The notes: generated from the letters alone by a model not told the origin. Shown: positions 19,288 through 31,455, counted from the first letter of the stretch. The stretch: 64,000 nt of DNA from Sedimentisphaerales bacterium (GCA_963666285.1 OY762711.1); one strand, 5' to 3'. A program made the numbers and translations.

Positions 19288-21366
19288 CTATTTTAGTTTT
19301 ACAGTTATTTCGCTGGTGAATACTGATGCCGGGTCGCCTCGTTCGGCCAGAGTTTTGTGTATTGTCTGAATAGTACGCCTGGCAGGTCCTTCGTATAGCT
19401 TTTTGCCGGGTGCCTCGACAATGATTTCGAAGTTTAGGTCAGCCATGTCATCATTCAGGCGGATGGATATTTCATCCAGGTTTTCAGCTTCGATATTGAT
19501 TGACTGATCTTTAATTTTTGCTTTTACAATTTCACCTTGTGACAGTTCAGGTACAGCCAGCCAGTAGAATCTATTATGTTTATTCTGTTCCCAGATGATT
19601 TTTTTGGGGATTGGGTTGCGGGTGAAATCATGCATCCAAGGGATGGCATCAGCAGCTCCTTTGTCTATCCAGTGCCCCCTGTCCTTATAGATTTCAGTCC
19701 AGTGCGGATAGCTGCCCGGATTGGTGCGTTCAAGCTCATCCATTATATCTCCATATTTGACAGCTTCATTATTACGGTTGTAAGCTTTGTCGTTAGCGCC
19801 GACATGTATAGAGAACGGTGTATTGGCTAAGCTGATCATTGAAGAGTCGCCAGGGTGGCCGGCCATCATAGAAGCAGCCGCCCAACGGTCGGCCATACGC
19901 GGAGCCATACGATACAGGCCATCTCCGCCGGCAGAGTAGCCCATGAGATATACCCGGTTTGGGTTGACATTTTCAAATATGATCATATCCTGGATCAGGC
20001 GATCGAACATTGCGTCGATATGGTCCTGGAACCACATATTCCATGCATCATTCGGAGCACGTGGAGCGAGATAAACACCTTCCGGTATTTTATAAAGTTT
20101 TTTCTGATTTTCCCATTGGCTGTCATTGACCCGTTTTGGGGCATCACCTCCGCCGTGAAGTGAGATATACAGGCTGCGTCCGCCGTCAGGCATATCGCCT
20201 GTAATGCTATAGAAGAACGGCATAGTTTTGTCATCGATAGTAATTTCACGGCTGTCCATTTCAGCTTTTCGTGTTTGCTTTGCATAGCTTACGTAATCCT
20301 GCCAGAGCAGCTGCTTAGCTTCTTCGGCATGTTGTTTAGTAAGCGGCACATCAAAAAACAGCTGCTGTTGAATTGGTTTACGTTTGTCGTGCTGAGTTTG
20401 CAGGTATGATTTCAGCTGGTCCAGCGCGTGCAGAGAAGCTTCGACATCGAATTTGGTAATTGCTTCGGTAGTAATCCTTTCGTCTTTGCTTTTTTCAAGA
20501 TAACGTTCGGTGGTGTTAACAGCGTATATATATTTACTGTCTTCCAGCCATGGCAGCGGGAAGTTTATATCGGTGTGTTTATAACTGGTAGCATAGATAG
20601 CATGGAGTTTGTGGTCTTTCTGGGCGGTCTTGGCGCGTTCGGAAAACCAGGCCTCATCCAGGTTGTTGCCCGACGGTTCACCGCCGCCGGTATAGTGCCA
20701 GCCGTTGTCCCATACTTCTACCCAGGAGTGATTACCGCTGAGGTTGGACCAAAGCGGAGTTCCGGCGAATCGGGCAGGTATGCCTACCGATCGGCATGCT
20801 TCTATCAGCAGAATCGACATCCCGGTACAGGAAGCCATATACGCCTCAATTGTTTCGTATGGGCTTTGGTCAGCTTTAGGTCGTTTGCGAGAGAATTTAA
20901 CATCGAGCAGGTCAAAAATTTTCTGGTTGAGCATAACGGCAGCTTCGCCTGGAGTTTTAGCTTTTGCAATCAGCGGCTTGAACCTGGTAAAGAAATCCTT
21001 TCGGAAGTTATCGCGTCGTTCATTGATGCAGTAATAGGCCAGAATGTCATTGAAGAAAATATCTTTGGATATCTGTTTCTTCCATGGTGATTCATCCAGT
21101 GCTTTGTATGAATATTCGACATTTTCCAGAAGAAACTCAGCAGAGAGTGTTTTCAGGTCACGTTCGGGCATATATGCAATAAGAAACTGCATAGCTTCGG
21201 CGTGTTCCGAAGGGACCTTTGAAAGTGCCATTTTTAGTTCTGCGGCGTTGTCACCGGCTTTTTCAAGGTTAGATTCTACTTGAGATGAATAATCATCGGC
21301 AGCAAAGAGTGAGATGGAGATTGAAGCGATAAATATCACGGTCAGATTGGTAAGCATTCTTTTCAT
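19288..21366 (-). CDS. Secreted transglutaminase-like domain fused to an alpha/beta-hydrolase (esterase/depolymerase-like)
   Basis: ASCTG...GIPAR...NHSWVEVWD in the N-terminal half; LHGGG and GYSAGG nucleophile elbow in the C-terminal half. Start placed at ATG 21366. Confidence 0.8.
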   Translation of the reverse strand: MKRMLTNLTVIFIASISISLFAADDYSSQVESNLEKAGDNAAELKMALSKVPSEHAEAMQFLIAYMPERDLKTLSAEFLLENVEYSYKALDESPWKKQISKDIFFNDILAYYCINERRDNFRKDFFTRFKPLIAKAKTPGEAAVMLNQKIFDLLDVKFSRKRPKADQSPYETIEAYMASCTGMSILLIEACRSVGIPARFAGTPLWSNLSGNHSWVEVWDNGWHYTGGGEPSGNNLDEAWFSERAKTAQKDHKLHAIYATSYKHTDINFPLPWLEDSKYIYAVNTTERYLEKSKDERITTEAITKFDVEASLHALDQLKSYLQTQHDKRKPIQQQLFFDVPLTKQHAEEAKQLLWQDYVSYAKQTRKAEMDSREITIDDKTMPFFYSITGDMPDGGRSLYISLHGGGDAPKRVNDSQWENQKKLYKIPEGVYLAPRAPNDAWNMWFQDHIDAMFDRLIQDMIIFENVNPNRVYLMGYSAGGDGLYRMAPRMADRWAAASMMAGHPGDSSMISLANTPFSIHVGANDKAYNRNNEAVKYGDIMDELERTNPGSYPHWTEIYKDRGHWIDKGAADAIPWMHDFTRNPIPKKIIWEQNKHNRFYWLAVPELSQGEIVKAKIKDQSINIEAENLDEISIRLNDDMADLNFEIIVEAPGKKLYEGPARRTIQTIHKTLAERGDPASVFTSEITVKLK

Positions 21367-21680
21367 AGTTGCTCTTTCCCTAAATAGAGTAAATTTATAC
21401 GTTTTTATTTCCATTTTAGTTTTAATGTCAGAAATGTCAATGAGTAAAGAATAAGGGATTTTTGTTCAGAGTATAACGATTATGTCAATAATAGGACACC
21501 AGAATTGGTCCAATAATATTTTTGGCTTAGAGCTAAGATACAAAAAAAAGTGACATTTTGTGTAATTTAAGCTTAATTATGATAATTAATGAAAAGACAT
21601 TTAAATGTGTCATAATATATTCTCGAAGAGAGTGTTATAGAATGTGTGATATAGAATTAGTTAATGAATGGGAGTTAAAA

Positions 21681-23894
21681 ATGAATAGAAATTTATTTGT
21701 ACTACTGTCTGTTTTATTATTTGCATCATTTGTTTTAGCAGAATCAGAAGAAATGAAAGGAGATGATTTTCTTGACATGTCATTAGAGGATCTGATGAAT
21801 GTCGAAGTAGAATCAACCGCGTCTCTGACAGCCACATCCAGGAAGATGGCACCTGGCACCGTTACCACTATTACCAGTGAAGATATCGAAGCGGCCAACT
21901 GCAGGAGCCTGGATGAGCTGCTTGATATTTATGTGCCGAACCTGCAAATAATGAGGAGTCACTGGGAGCAGCAGAATATGGGTTTGCGTGGAATAATAGG
22001 CGACCGCGATGATAAATACTTATTGCTGGTAAATGGCCGGGTAATGAATGAGAGGACTCACTATGGCGCGACAACCGAGCGTGACCTGCCGATGCTTGGT
22101 GATATCCATCATATAGATATTGTTCGCGGGCCAGGTTCGGCCCTGTATGGTCCGGGAGCTGTGTCGATGGTTATTAATATAATTACTTTTAATGCAGATA
22201 CATTTCAAGGAACTGAGGTTACGGCAAAGCTTGGTTCGATAGAAGAGTTTTATGTTACAGAGATCAAACACGGCAAGAAATTTGATAATGGATTCGGCCT
22301 GTTTTTCTATGGTGCGATAGGGGCGTATCCCGGAGCACAACCGGAAGATTCATACCAGATATATGCTATGGATTTTCCTTCAGAGTCAACTTATTCATGG
22401 TGGGATCCAGCCTGGGGGACAAATACAGGCCCCGAGCATTTGCCGGGCGATGGAACGGGAGCCGGAGAAGCAATGATTGATAGTTCTGTTGCCAATGATC
22501 GCGCTTCGGCCAGGGGTAAGCCGCCGATGAAGTTTCACATGCAGTTAAAGGATGAAAATTGGGATTTATGGACGAGATATACTCAAGGTGGTAAAAAGCT
22601 GGTATATGATTCCTGGATTCTGGCAAGAGACCCATATGGCTGGGCAGATTATGCCCAACCTCTGCAAAGGAAATTTTATACATATAACCAGTTAACAAAC
22701 TATATTGGCTATCATAATGACATTTCAGATAATACGGAATTTGACTTTTCGACCAGCTATGATATGACGAATTTTACTCGCAGGGTAACAAATTCTGATA
22801 TTTCGAATGCATATCGTGAGGATAAGTATTTTGGCAAGGCAATTGTGACTCATAATATTTCAGAAAGCCATAAAACAGCTTTTGGAGTAGAGTATCAGCA
22901 CCTGGAATTGGGTTATCCGAGTCTTGGCTGGCCAAATGTAGATTATGGTATATCATCGAGTTTGTCGCCAGAGATGCCGAGGTGGTCGACAGATATGTAT
23001 TCTGTATTGGGTGAGTACCAGTGGAATATTAATAAGGAATTTACAATGTTTGGTGGTATGCGTCTGGATGATCATACATATAGTTCTAATATGTTTTCGC
23101 CCAGGGCAAGTTTGATATATTCGATGGACGACCGAAATACAATTAAGTTTATGTGGTCACGATCTGTCAGGGCCAGCTACGAAGAAGAGATGAAGGCCCA
23201 GTCTCTGCTGGGTAATAATGAGACAGATCCTGAAGAGCTGGAGAATTTTGAGCTGCGTTATGAGCGTATCTGTGCAGAAAATCTGAATTTTGCCGCAACG
23301 GGTTTTTATTATATACTGGACCAGGTTGGTATTTCCAATGATGATGCCGGAGTAGTTTTGCTAGGTGAACAGAAGAGCTATGGCGCCGAGGTTGAGGCGA
23401 ACTATCAGGCAGAGAAGTTGAAATTTGGAATTTCTCACGCTTATACCAAGCTGGATTCTTTTAGTTTAAATGAGGCGTATACTACAGTAGTAACAGCATC
23501 GCCGTATGGTTATGGTAATGACCTGGCAAGATGGTCTAATCATGTAACAAAGTTGTATGCGAACTATGATATTAATGAGCAATGGAGTTTGCATAGTTCT
23601 ATGAGAGTGTATTGGGGGCTTCCAGGTTTGGCTGACTATTCAGACTATCTAAGAGATAATACGGATAATCCAAGAGACGACGATGGTTGGGAAGCGGCAT
23701 ACAGGGGCAGCTATTTTCTTAACCTGGGTGTGCAGTATAAACCGAGCGACAATCTATCAATTCAATTTACAGGATATAATCTGCTTGGACTGTTTGACCC
23801 TGATATGAATAAGAGAAATTACGGTGCTTCAGAGTCGGCAGATTACAGGAACGAGGCGGCGGCTTTTGGTGCCACTTTGAGATATAAGTTTTAA
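21681..23894 (+). CDS. TonB-dependent outer membrane receptor
   Basis: Signal peptide; FLDMSLEDLMNVEV; plug motifs LLLVNGR and IDIVRGPGSALYG; C-terminal LRYKF. Confidence 0.9.
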   Translation: MNRNLFVLLSVLLFASFVLAESEEMKGDDFLDMSLEDLMNVEVESTASLTATSRKMAPGTVTTITSEDIEAANCRSLDELLDIYVPNLQIMRSHWEQQNMGLRGIIGDRDDKYLLLVNGRVMNERTHYGATTERDLPMLGDIHHIDIVRGPGSALYGPGAVSMVINIITFNADTFQGTEVTAKLGSIEEFYVTEIKHGKKFDNGFGLFFYGAIGAYPGAQPEDSYQIYAMDFPSESTYSWWDPAWGTNTGPEHLPGDGTGAGEAMIDSSVANDRASARGKPPMKFHMQLKDENWDLWTRYTQGGKKLVYDSWILARDPYGWADYAQPLQRKFYTYNQLTNYIGYHNDISDNTEFDFSTSYDMTNFTRRVTNSDISNAYREDKYFGKAIVTHNISESHKTAFGVEYQHLELGYPSLGWPNVDYGISSSLSPEMPRWSTDMYSVLGEYQWNINKEFTMFGGMRLDDHTYSSNMFSPRASLIYSMDDRNTIKFMWSRSVRASYEEEMKAQSLLGNNETDPEELENFELRYERICAENLNFAATGFYYILDQVGISNDDAGVVLLGEQKSYGAEVEANYQAEKLKFGISHAYTKLDSFSLNEAYTTVVTASPYGYGNDLARWSNHVTKLYANYDINEQWSLHSSMRVYWGLPGLADYSDYLRDNTDNPRDDDGWEAAYRGSYFLNLGVQYKPSDNLSIQFTGYNLLGLFDPDMNKRNYGASESADYRNEAAAFGATLRYKF

Positions 23895-23908
23895 GGCCAC
23901 CTTAAAAT

Positions 23909-23950
23909 AAAAAAGCTCACAAAGATAACCTTGTGAGCTTTTAATTTTTT
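23909..23950. terminator. Bidirectional intrinsic terminator
   Basis: AAAAGCTCACAA...TTGTGAGCTTTT hairpin between the convergent receptor and gap genes. Confidence 0.8.
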
Positions 23951-23975
23951 AATCAATTATTATGTGCTGCTAAAA

Positions 23976-24992
<1,017 letters not shown>

Positions 24993-25324
24993 CTAAGTTA
25001 GGTTTATCATTTTTCAGCCTTTCGGCCCATCTCTATTACATTTTCTACTGCCGCTAGCAAAAACATGAGCTAGTTTGCAGTGACCGCTAAACCTTACCGG
25101 TAGAGGATTTCAAAGTCAAGCTATTTTATCGGGAATTAACTGTATTTTGCGCTCAACTTATGTAATATTAAGGATTTGAGGAAGGCGAACAATTTGATAT
25201 TTTTTTATTGATTAAGGCAATAATATAAACGTTATTAATAAGTTAATAAGATATTGTTGTCAGTTCGCCGATACAAGTACTTTCAACCCTGATATAATAT
25301 TGTATAGATTGAAAGAAGATTAAG

Positions 25325-26782
25325 ATGAGAAAACATGTAAAGCTGTTAATAGTATTGATATTAGTGCTAAATCTGCATATGGCATCTATAAGCCAAGCCG
25401 GTTTTAATCCAATTCCTCAAAAGATTAATCGTGGGCCTGCCAAAGAAGTGGTAAAAGAGGAGGTCATTAAAGATCCAGAGGAAGAGAAGCCTGGTATTTT
25501 AGATATAGTGCCGAAAGAAACCAAGCTGGAACCGGTTGAGATAGGTGTAAGTCTGATTAACAGCCCGGAATATGTGGCTAAGAGCTACAGCGCGGATCTT
25601 GACCCATCCAAGATAGGCTCTACCTGGGAAAAGAAGACAATAAATGGTAAGTCCTGTTTTGTCTCTCCGGTAATCTATGCACAAAAAGGAGTAGAGCTAA
25701 ATCATCATGATGTTACTATAGTGTATAGTGGCAGCGGCAGTTTGCAGGCAGGTATGATATATTTTACCCGCAGGGATATTGATAAAGCCCTGGATAAAAG
25801 CTATAACTATAGTAATCTTAATGAGATATCATCAGGTAAGACAAAACGTTTTACTTATTCGATGAGTGGGGCGACTCACTGTTGGCTGGTATTGTGTCCG
25901 GCAGGGAAAGTGAATATACAATCTATCGAGCATAGCTGTGTAGCGGTTCCACAGGGAATATACGGTCACATACCAAGAGAGTACAGGTTTGGCGGTGGAA
26001 GTTTACCATATCGAATAATGTACCCGAGGAACTATGACCCATCGAAAAAGTATCCCCTGGTAGTAAGTGTTCACGGTTCAGGCGGCTGCGGAAATGATAA
26101 TCGGTTAAGTATGGAAAGATGGAACCTGGCAAGAAATTTATATGTAAAATATTATTATGATGAAAATATGGAATGTTTTTCGATAGTGCCGCAAATTCCA
26201 GATATCAAGAAGGATGCTATTCCAGCACCATATTATCCGTCCGGAGCAAGCGGTAAGCCCAATTTATCAAATAGGTTACGCCAGTTAGCCGCAATTAATG
26301 AAGAGGGCTGGTATACACAGGCATCAATCTCCCTGATCAAGGATATGATTGATAGTGATGAGTTAAGTATCGATTCTGACAGAGTTTACTATACCGGTTT
26401 TTCTTTTGGTGGTGGTGCATGCTGGGAATTTTTGAAGGCCGCTCCGGATTTGTTTGCGGGAGCAGTATCCTGTGCCGGCTGGTTTGTCGGCGTTCCATAC
26501 AGTGCGCCAACGGCCCAGGAGATGGAACAGCTGAAGCTCGATGTTGCCAGATATAAGCATATTCCGACCAGGGTGCATGTTGGCGGCAAAGATAAGATGA
26601 GATTTAGCAGTAAACCCGGTTATGAAGAGATAATAAGACAAGGTGGTACCAGTTTATATATCGAATATCCTGAAACCGACCATTTAGGCTCTGGTGATAA
26701 AACCTGGGATGATGCCAATACCGTCATCTGGCTGTTTTCACAGCGAAAGTCAACAAACATATCATTAAGCAACAGCCATTAG
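25325..26782 (+). CDS. Secreted alpha/beta-hydrolase (predicted peptidase/esterase) with N-terminal extension
   Basis: LPYRIMYP..YDPSKKYPLVVSVHGSGG, DRVYYTGFSFGG and EYPETDH motifs. Confidence 0.8.
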   Translation: MRKHVKLLIVLILVLNLHMASISQAGFNPIPQKINRGPAKEVVKEEVIKDPEEEKPGILDIVPKETKLEPVEIGVSLINSPEYVAKSYSADLDPSKIGSTWEKKTINGKSCFVSPVIYAQKGVELNHHDVTIVYSGSGSLQAGMIYFTRRDIDKALDKSYNYSNLNEISSGKTKRFTYSMSGATHCWLVLCPAGKVNIQSIEHSCVAVPQGIYGHIPREYRFGGGSLPYRIMYPRNYDPSKKYPLVVSVHGSGGCGNDNRLSMERWNLARNLYVKYYYDENMECFSIVPQIPDIKKDAIPAPYYPSGASGKPNLSNRLRQLAAINEEGWYTQASISLIKDMIDSDELSIDSDRVYYTGFSFGGGACWEFLKAAPDLFAGAVSCAGWFVGVPYSAPTAQEMEQLKLDVARYKHIPTRVHVGGKDKMRFSSKPGYEEIIRQGGTSLYIEYPETDHLGSGDKTWDDANTVIWLFSQRKSTNISLSNSH

Positions 26783-26862
26783 TATATGTCGGCAAGGTAC
26801 TTACTTATGTACAATCCAGTTTATTGTTGCTTCGTAAGATACAATCACGATAATTATTAGTA

Positions 26863-27849
26863 ATGGAACTAATAACAAATTTAGAAAGATTTAATCGACC
26901 GGCTAGTGGTTGTGTTTTGACGATAGGCAATTTTGACGGTTTACATCTGGGACACCAGGAGATAATTAATTCGGCAGGTAACCTGGCGGGCCGTAAAGGT
27001 CTTCCATTTTATGTGATGACATTTGAGCCACCTCCCGCATTTGTACTTCGTCGCGAAAAACGGCCTCCCCAGATAACAACTCCGCAGATGAAGCTTAAGC
27101 TACTCGAAGAGACTAACCTTGTGGAAGGTGTGATTATGCTTGAGCCCAATATGAATTTCCTGGCAATGACACCGAGAGAGTTTGTCTGGGATATCCTGGT
27201 TCAGAAGCTCGATATAAAGTATATTGTAGAAGGTCAGACCTTTAATTTTGGTGCAAGAGGCTGCGGAACGATTATTACACTGCAGGAACTTGGCTTGCAG
27301 TATGGTTTTGAGGCTTATATAACCCCATCAAGTAAATTTGAATGCAGCATTGAAGGCCCGACGGCCATCAGTTCTACGCTGGTCCGTTCGTTTATCTCCA
27401 AAGGTGAATTTAACCAGGTTCGGAAATGTCTCGGCAGAAATTATGTTCTTGGCGGGACAGTAGTAAGCGGTCGCGGCAAAGGCAGAGAAATTGGTTTTCC
27501 TACTGCCAATTTAAAGGTATATAATGATGGTTTGCTTGTCCCAGAGGATGGAGTTTTTGCCTGTCGGGCAAAGATTGGCAGTAATTTTGAACATGTATGG
27601 AATAGTAATGATATTTACCAGGCGGCTGTGAGCCTGGGGCATTGCCAGACTTTTGAAGACGGAGTGTACCAGATAGAGGCATTTCTACTTGATTTTGAAG
27701 GAGAATATGATTCCCTGGTCGATAAACATATATTATTGGAATTTGTTGACAAACTTCGTGATCAAGAGAAGTATGATAGTATAGAAGAGTTGACAAAGCA
27801 AATAGACGATGACTGTAAAAAAGTAAAAGAAATAGTGAGCAGCCGGTAG
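26863..27849 (+). CDS. ribF: Bifunctional riboflavin kinase/FAD synthetase
   Basis: IGNFDGLHLGH, ISSTLVR and GREIGFPTANL motifs. Confidence 0.96.
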   Translation: MELITNLERFNRPASGCVLTIGNFDGLHLGHQEIINSAGNLAGRKGLPFYVMTFEPPPAFVLRREKRPPQITTPQMKLKLLEETNLVEGVIMLEPNMNFLAMTPREFVWDILVQKLDIKYIVEGQTFNFGARGCGTIITLQELGLQYGFEAYITPSSKFECSIEGPTAISSTLVRSFISKGEFNQVRKCLGRNYVLGGTVVSGRGKGREIGFPTANLKVYNDGLLVPEDGVFACRAKIGSNFEHVWNSNDIYQAAVSLGHCQTFEDGVYQIEAFLLDFEGEYDSLVDKHILLEFVDKLRDQEKYDSIEELTKQIDDDCKKVKEIVSSR

Positions 27850-27926
27850 CCATTGGCGACGGAGAAGGTTTTTACCTTTCGGCTTACAGTAATTATATAA
27901 GTACCAGAATTAAAAGGTATTAGAAA

Positions 27927-28958
27927 ATGCATGGAAATAAGAATTTTTTAGAAGCGATAGAAATGCTTCGAAGCTCTTCAAGAATATTGGTGGTAAGCCA
28001 TGTTCGGCCGGACGGGGATGCCATCGGCTCAACTATAGCATTATGCCGGAGCATACGAGCCCAGGCAAAGCTGGATGACCGGAAGTGTGTCTGTCATGTT
28101 ATGCTGCTGAGCTATGTTGGCGAGTCGTATAAATTCCTGTTGAGCGGAGATGAGTTAATTGTTGGAGAGAATGTTTCGCAGGAAGAGATGTCCAGTGATA
28201 AATTAAATGAATATGATTTGATTATCGTGGTTGACACGCGTGCAAAGCGTCAGATGCCGGGCCTGGGCGATTATCTGATAGAGCGTACATCGTTAGGCAA
28301 GCCTGTTCTTGTTTTGGACCATCATTTATCAGGCGATGATATTGGAACTTGCCAGGTGATTGATACTGATGCAGGCGCAGCCGGTGAGATAGTGTATAAT
28401 TTATGCCGTGCAGCAGATTTTCCAATGGATCGAAAGGCCCTGGAAGCAGTATTTGTGGCGATATGTACCGATACCGGCTGGTTTAAGTTCCAGAATACCA
28501 AGGCAGATTCATTTCTCATAGCTTCAGAGCTGATAAGTGGTGGTGTCGAGGTTGACAAGATGTATCGGGACCTTTTCATGAAGCATGAACCGGCTAAGCT
28601 GCTGTTGATGACCGAGGCATTGCAAACCCTGGAGCTGAGGAGCGAAGGAAAATTTGCGATAATGACAATAACCAACCGTATGATGGAGAAAGTTGGTGCA
28701 GATCGCAGTCATATAGAAAATATTGTAAATGAGCCGATGCAGATTGGTAGTGTTGAAGTTTCGATAATGTGTGTTGAGATGGAAGAAGAAGGGAAAACTC
28801 GTTTTAGTCTTCGCAGTAAAGAGTATGTAGATGTGAATGAGATAGCAAATACTTTAGGCGGCGGCGGACATGCCAGAGCGGCCGGTGTAACTATTTGTAA
28901 ACCACTGACTGAAGCGAAGAAGGAAATAATCAAAGCGATTGAAGCAGAAATAAAATAG
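27927..28958 (+). CDS. DHH/DHHA1 phosphoesterase (NrnA-like)
   Basis: HVRPDGDAIGS, LDHH, TDTGWF, SLRS and GGGGHARAAG motifs. Confidence 0.92.
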   Translation: MHGNKNFLEAIEMLRSSSRILVVSHVRPDGDAIGSTIALCRSIRAQAKLDDRKCVCHVMLLSYVGESYKFLLSGDELIVGENVSQEEMSSDKLNEYDLIIVVDTRAKRQMPGLGDYLIERTSLGKPVLVLDHHLSGDDIGTCQVIDTDAGAAGEIVYNLCRAADFPMDRKALEAVFVAICTDTGWFKFQNTKADSFLIASELISGGVEVDKMYRDLFMKHEPAKLLLMTEALQTLELRSEGKFAIMTITNRMMEKVGADRSHIENIVNEPMQIGSVEVSIMCVEMEEEGKTRFSLRSKEYVDVNEIANTLGGGGHARAAGVTICKPLTEAKKEIIKAIEAEIK

Positions 28959-28988
28959 CCAAAAATTACAAGTCATGGAAGACTTTAG

Positions 28989-30164
28989 ATGCCAGAATTA
29001 TTAAAGGAAAATAGATACTCGCCTGAGGCGGCATGGATAATGATAGCAATTTCATCGCTGCTGTGCCTGGGGGCATTGATGGTATATTCAGCCGGTGCGA
29101 CCATTGATCGTGAGATAGATTACAGTCAATTCTGGCAATATACGACTTTACGCAGAATAGTCTTTGTTCCGATAGTGTTGCTGGTCTTAGCAGTTTCCAG
29201 CAGATTGCCGTATCGAATATTTTTGATCAATAAGAAGCGTTTCTGGCTAAGCCCGGTAATATTGTATCTAATAATAAGCCTGGCATTCCTGATAATGACG
29301 CTCATTCCCGGTTTTGGCGGCGTGGAGATAAATGCATCCAGTCGTTGGCTCAACCTTTTTGGTATAAGGTTTCAGCCATCGGAACTGGTAAAATGGCTGA
29401 CAGTGTTTTTTCTTTCTGGCTGGCTAGTTTATAATCATGATAATGCCGGAAAGTTCTGGAAGGGTTTTGTTCCCGGTTTTGGTATTTTAGGATTAATGTG
29501 CGGTCTGATTGGTAAGGAAGATTTTGGTACGGCTGCTTTGCTGGGGCTTGTTGGTACCGTATTGCTGGTTTCAGGTGGAGTAAAAGCCCGGTATCTTCTT
29601 TTATTGATACCGATAGCCGTGGCCGGTTTTTATTTTGGCGTATATAAAGTTGAATATCGCTGGGAGCGTGTGCTGGCACATTTTGATCCGGATAAACTGG
29701 CGGAAGCTGCCAGCGGAGCGAGGTATCAGGGAGACCAGTCGGTAATGGCAATTTCAGTAGGAGGTCTTTTTGGAACGGGTTTGGGGCAGGGCCTGGTAAA
29801 GCTGGGCTGGCTGCCGGAGGATACGACAGATTTTATTTTTGCAATAATAGCCGAGGAGCTGGGTTTTGTGGGATGTGTTATTGTAGTGGGTCTGTATCTT
29901 ATGCTGATTTTCCAGGGGATACGCATTATTCAGAAATGTAATGAGCCAACTGGTAAGCTGATAGGCTTTTCGGTAACGGCAATGATAAGCTGCCAGGCTT
30001 TGATTAATCTGTTTGTGGTTTCCGGCATGGCTCCAACTAAAGGGATAGCACTGCCGTTTATCTCGGCAGGCGGGTCCGGGCTGGTAGTTACGGCACTGGC
30101 GTATGGTGTATTGATTAATGTTGCGCGAATGAGCAATAAAGAGCTCAAAGTTAATGCTGAATAA
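28989..30164 (+). CDS. ftsW: SEDS peptidoglycan glycosyltransferase FtsW
   Basis: FQPSELVK, LPEDTTDFIFAIIAEELG and PTKGIALPFISAGGS; directly upstream of murG. Confidence 0.88.
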   Translation: MPELLKENRYSPEAAWIMIAISSLLCLGALMVYSAGATIDREIDYSQFWQYTTLRRIVFVPIVLLVLAVSSRLPYRIFLINKKRFWLSPVILYLIISLAFLIMTLIPGFGGVEINASSRWLNLFGIRFQPSELVKWLTVFFLSGWLVYNHDNAGKFWKGFVPGFGILGLMCGLIGKEDFGTAALLGLVGTVLLVSGGVKARYLLLLIPIAVAGFYFGVYKVEYRWERVLAHFDPDKLAEAASGARYQGDQSVMAISVGGLFGTGLGQGLVKLGWLPEDTTDFIFAIIAEELGFVGCVIVVGLYLMLIFQGIRIIQKCNEPTGKLIGFSVTAMISCQALINLFVVSGMAPTKGIALPFISAGGSGLVVTALAYGVLINVARMSNKELKVNAE

Positions 30165-30280
30165 CTAAAATAATTAAGGTGCTGCTTTTTGACTTTGTTT
30201 TTCTTGCTTGTGGCGGTTTATTGACAAGTACGAAAAGCTTCGCAAATTTCGTATCTTTCGTGAAAAAATGGAAGTAAGTT

Positions 30281-31390
30281 TTGAGTAATCCGATATTTAT
30301 ATTGGCAGGCGGCGGCAGTGGCGGGCATTTGTACCCTGGTATTTCCGTTGCGCAGTATTTGACTGATAAACTGCCTCATGCCGAAGTTGTGTTTTTATGT
30401 ACAGAGCGTGAGATAGATAAGAAGATTTTATCTAATTATCCCTGGAAGTATATACCACAGCCGGTAAAGCCTGTGCCGCGTAATCTTTTGAAAGTTCCGG
30501 GATTTCTTTTAGATTGGCAAAAGAGCTGTCATATGGCAGCTGAATTGTATAAAAAACACAGGGGGCATGTGGTTGTATGCGGGTTGGGTGGTTTTGCTTC
30601 AGGGCCAGCAATAAAGACTGCATGTAAGATGAATGTTCCGGTTGCTATGCTGAACCCTGATGCCGTGCCGGGCAAGGCGAATAAATTCAGCCAGAAATAT
30701 GTCAGCCAGATATTTGTGCAATGGCAGGAAACAGTCGAGGAGTTTGGCAGATATAGTAATAAATGTATGGTCACCGGCTGCCCGGTGCGTTCAGGTTACA
30801 GTCGTGACGTTGGTCTACTGTCACCTGAGAAGTTATATACTCGTGAACTGTTGGTTTTCGGCGGTTCGCTGGGCGGCCATAATGTTAATACGGCAGTTAC
30901 CTCATGTGTCGGTTATATTCATGCCCGTAAGCCAAGTCTTCTGGAAGGGTGGAAGATAGTTCATATTACCGGCGAGCGGGATTTCGAATTTGTGCAGGAA
31001 AAATATTCTGAGTTGCCCTATGATACCGAGGTTTTGAGCTATTGTGATGATATGGATGAACAGCTCAAGAAGGCTTCTATGGTGGTATGCCGGGCGGGAG
31101 CCTCGACTCTTGCAGAGTTGACATCGATAGGAGTTGGCAGTATATTATTACCATACCCTTACCATAAGGATAAGCATCAGCTGAGAAATGCCGAGATACT
31201 GGCAGGTCATGGTGCAACGGTTATCGTTGAAGATACAAATGACGATGTAAAGACTGCGGCACTGCTGTATAAGGTTTTCTGTGAGAGTTTGAATAAGGAT
31301 TCGTGTTACAAGCTGGCTATAGCAGCAAAGAATATGGCTCGTTCGAATGCCGCGGAGATGGTGGCATCGGAACTGGCAGTGATGCTGTAG
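30281..31390 (+). CDS. murG: Lipid II GlcNAc transferase MurG
   Basis: AGGGSGGHLYP, GGFAS, FGGSLG, CRAGAST and HQLRNA motifs. Confidence 0.95.
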   Translation: MSNPIFILAGGGSGGHLYPGISVAQYLTDKLPHAEVVFLCTEREIDKKILSNYPWKYIPQPVKPVPRNLLKVPGFLLDWQKSCHMAAELYKKHRGHVVVCGLGGFASGPAIKTACKMNVPVAMLNPDAVPGKANKFSQKYVSQIFVQWQETVEEFGRYSNKCMVTGCPVRSGYSRDVGLLSPEKLYTRELLVFGGSLGGHNVNTAVTSCVGYIHARKPSLLEGWKIVHITGERDFEFVQEKYSELPYDTEVLSYCDDMDEQLKKASMVVCRAGASTLAELTSIGVGSILLPYPYHKDKHQLRNAEILAGHGATVIVEDTNDDVKTAALLYKVFCESLNKDSCYKLAIAAKNMARSNAAEMVASELAVML

Positions 31391-31455
31391 GAAAGGGTGA
31401 AAATAAAAAGAAAAAATATCGTGTTTGGAATTTAAGCTTTTTCTTTTTTGAATCA

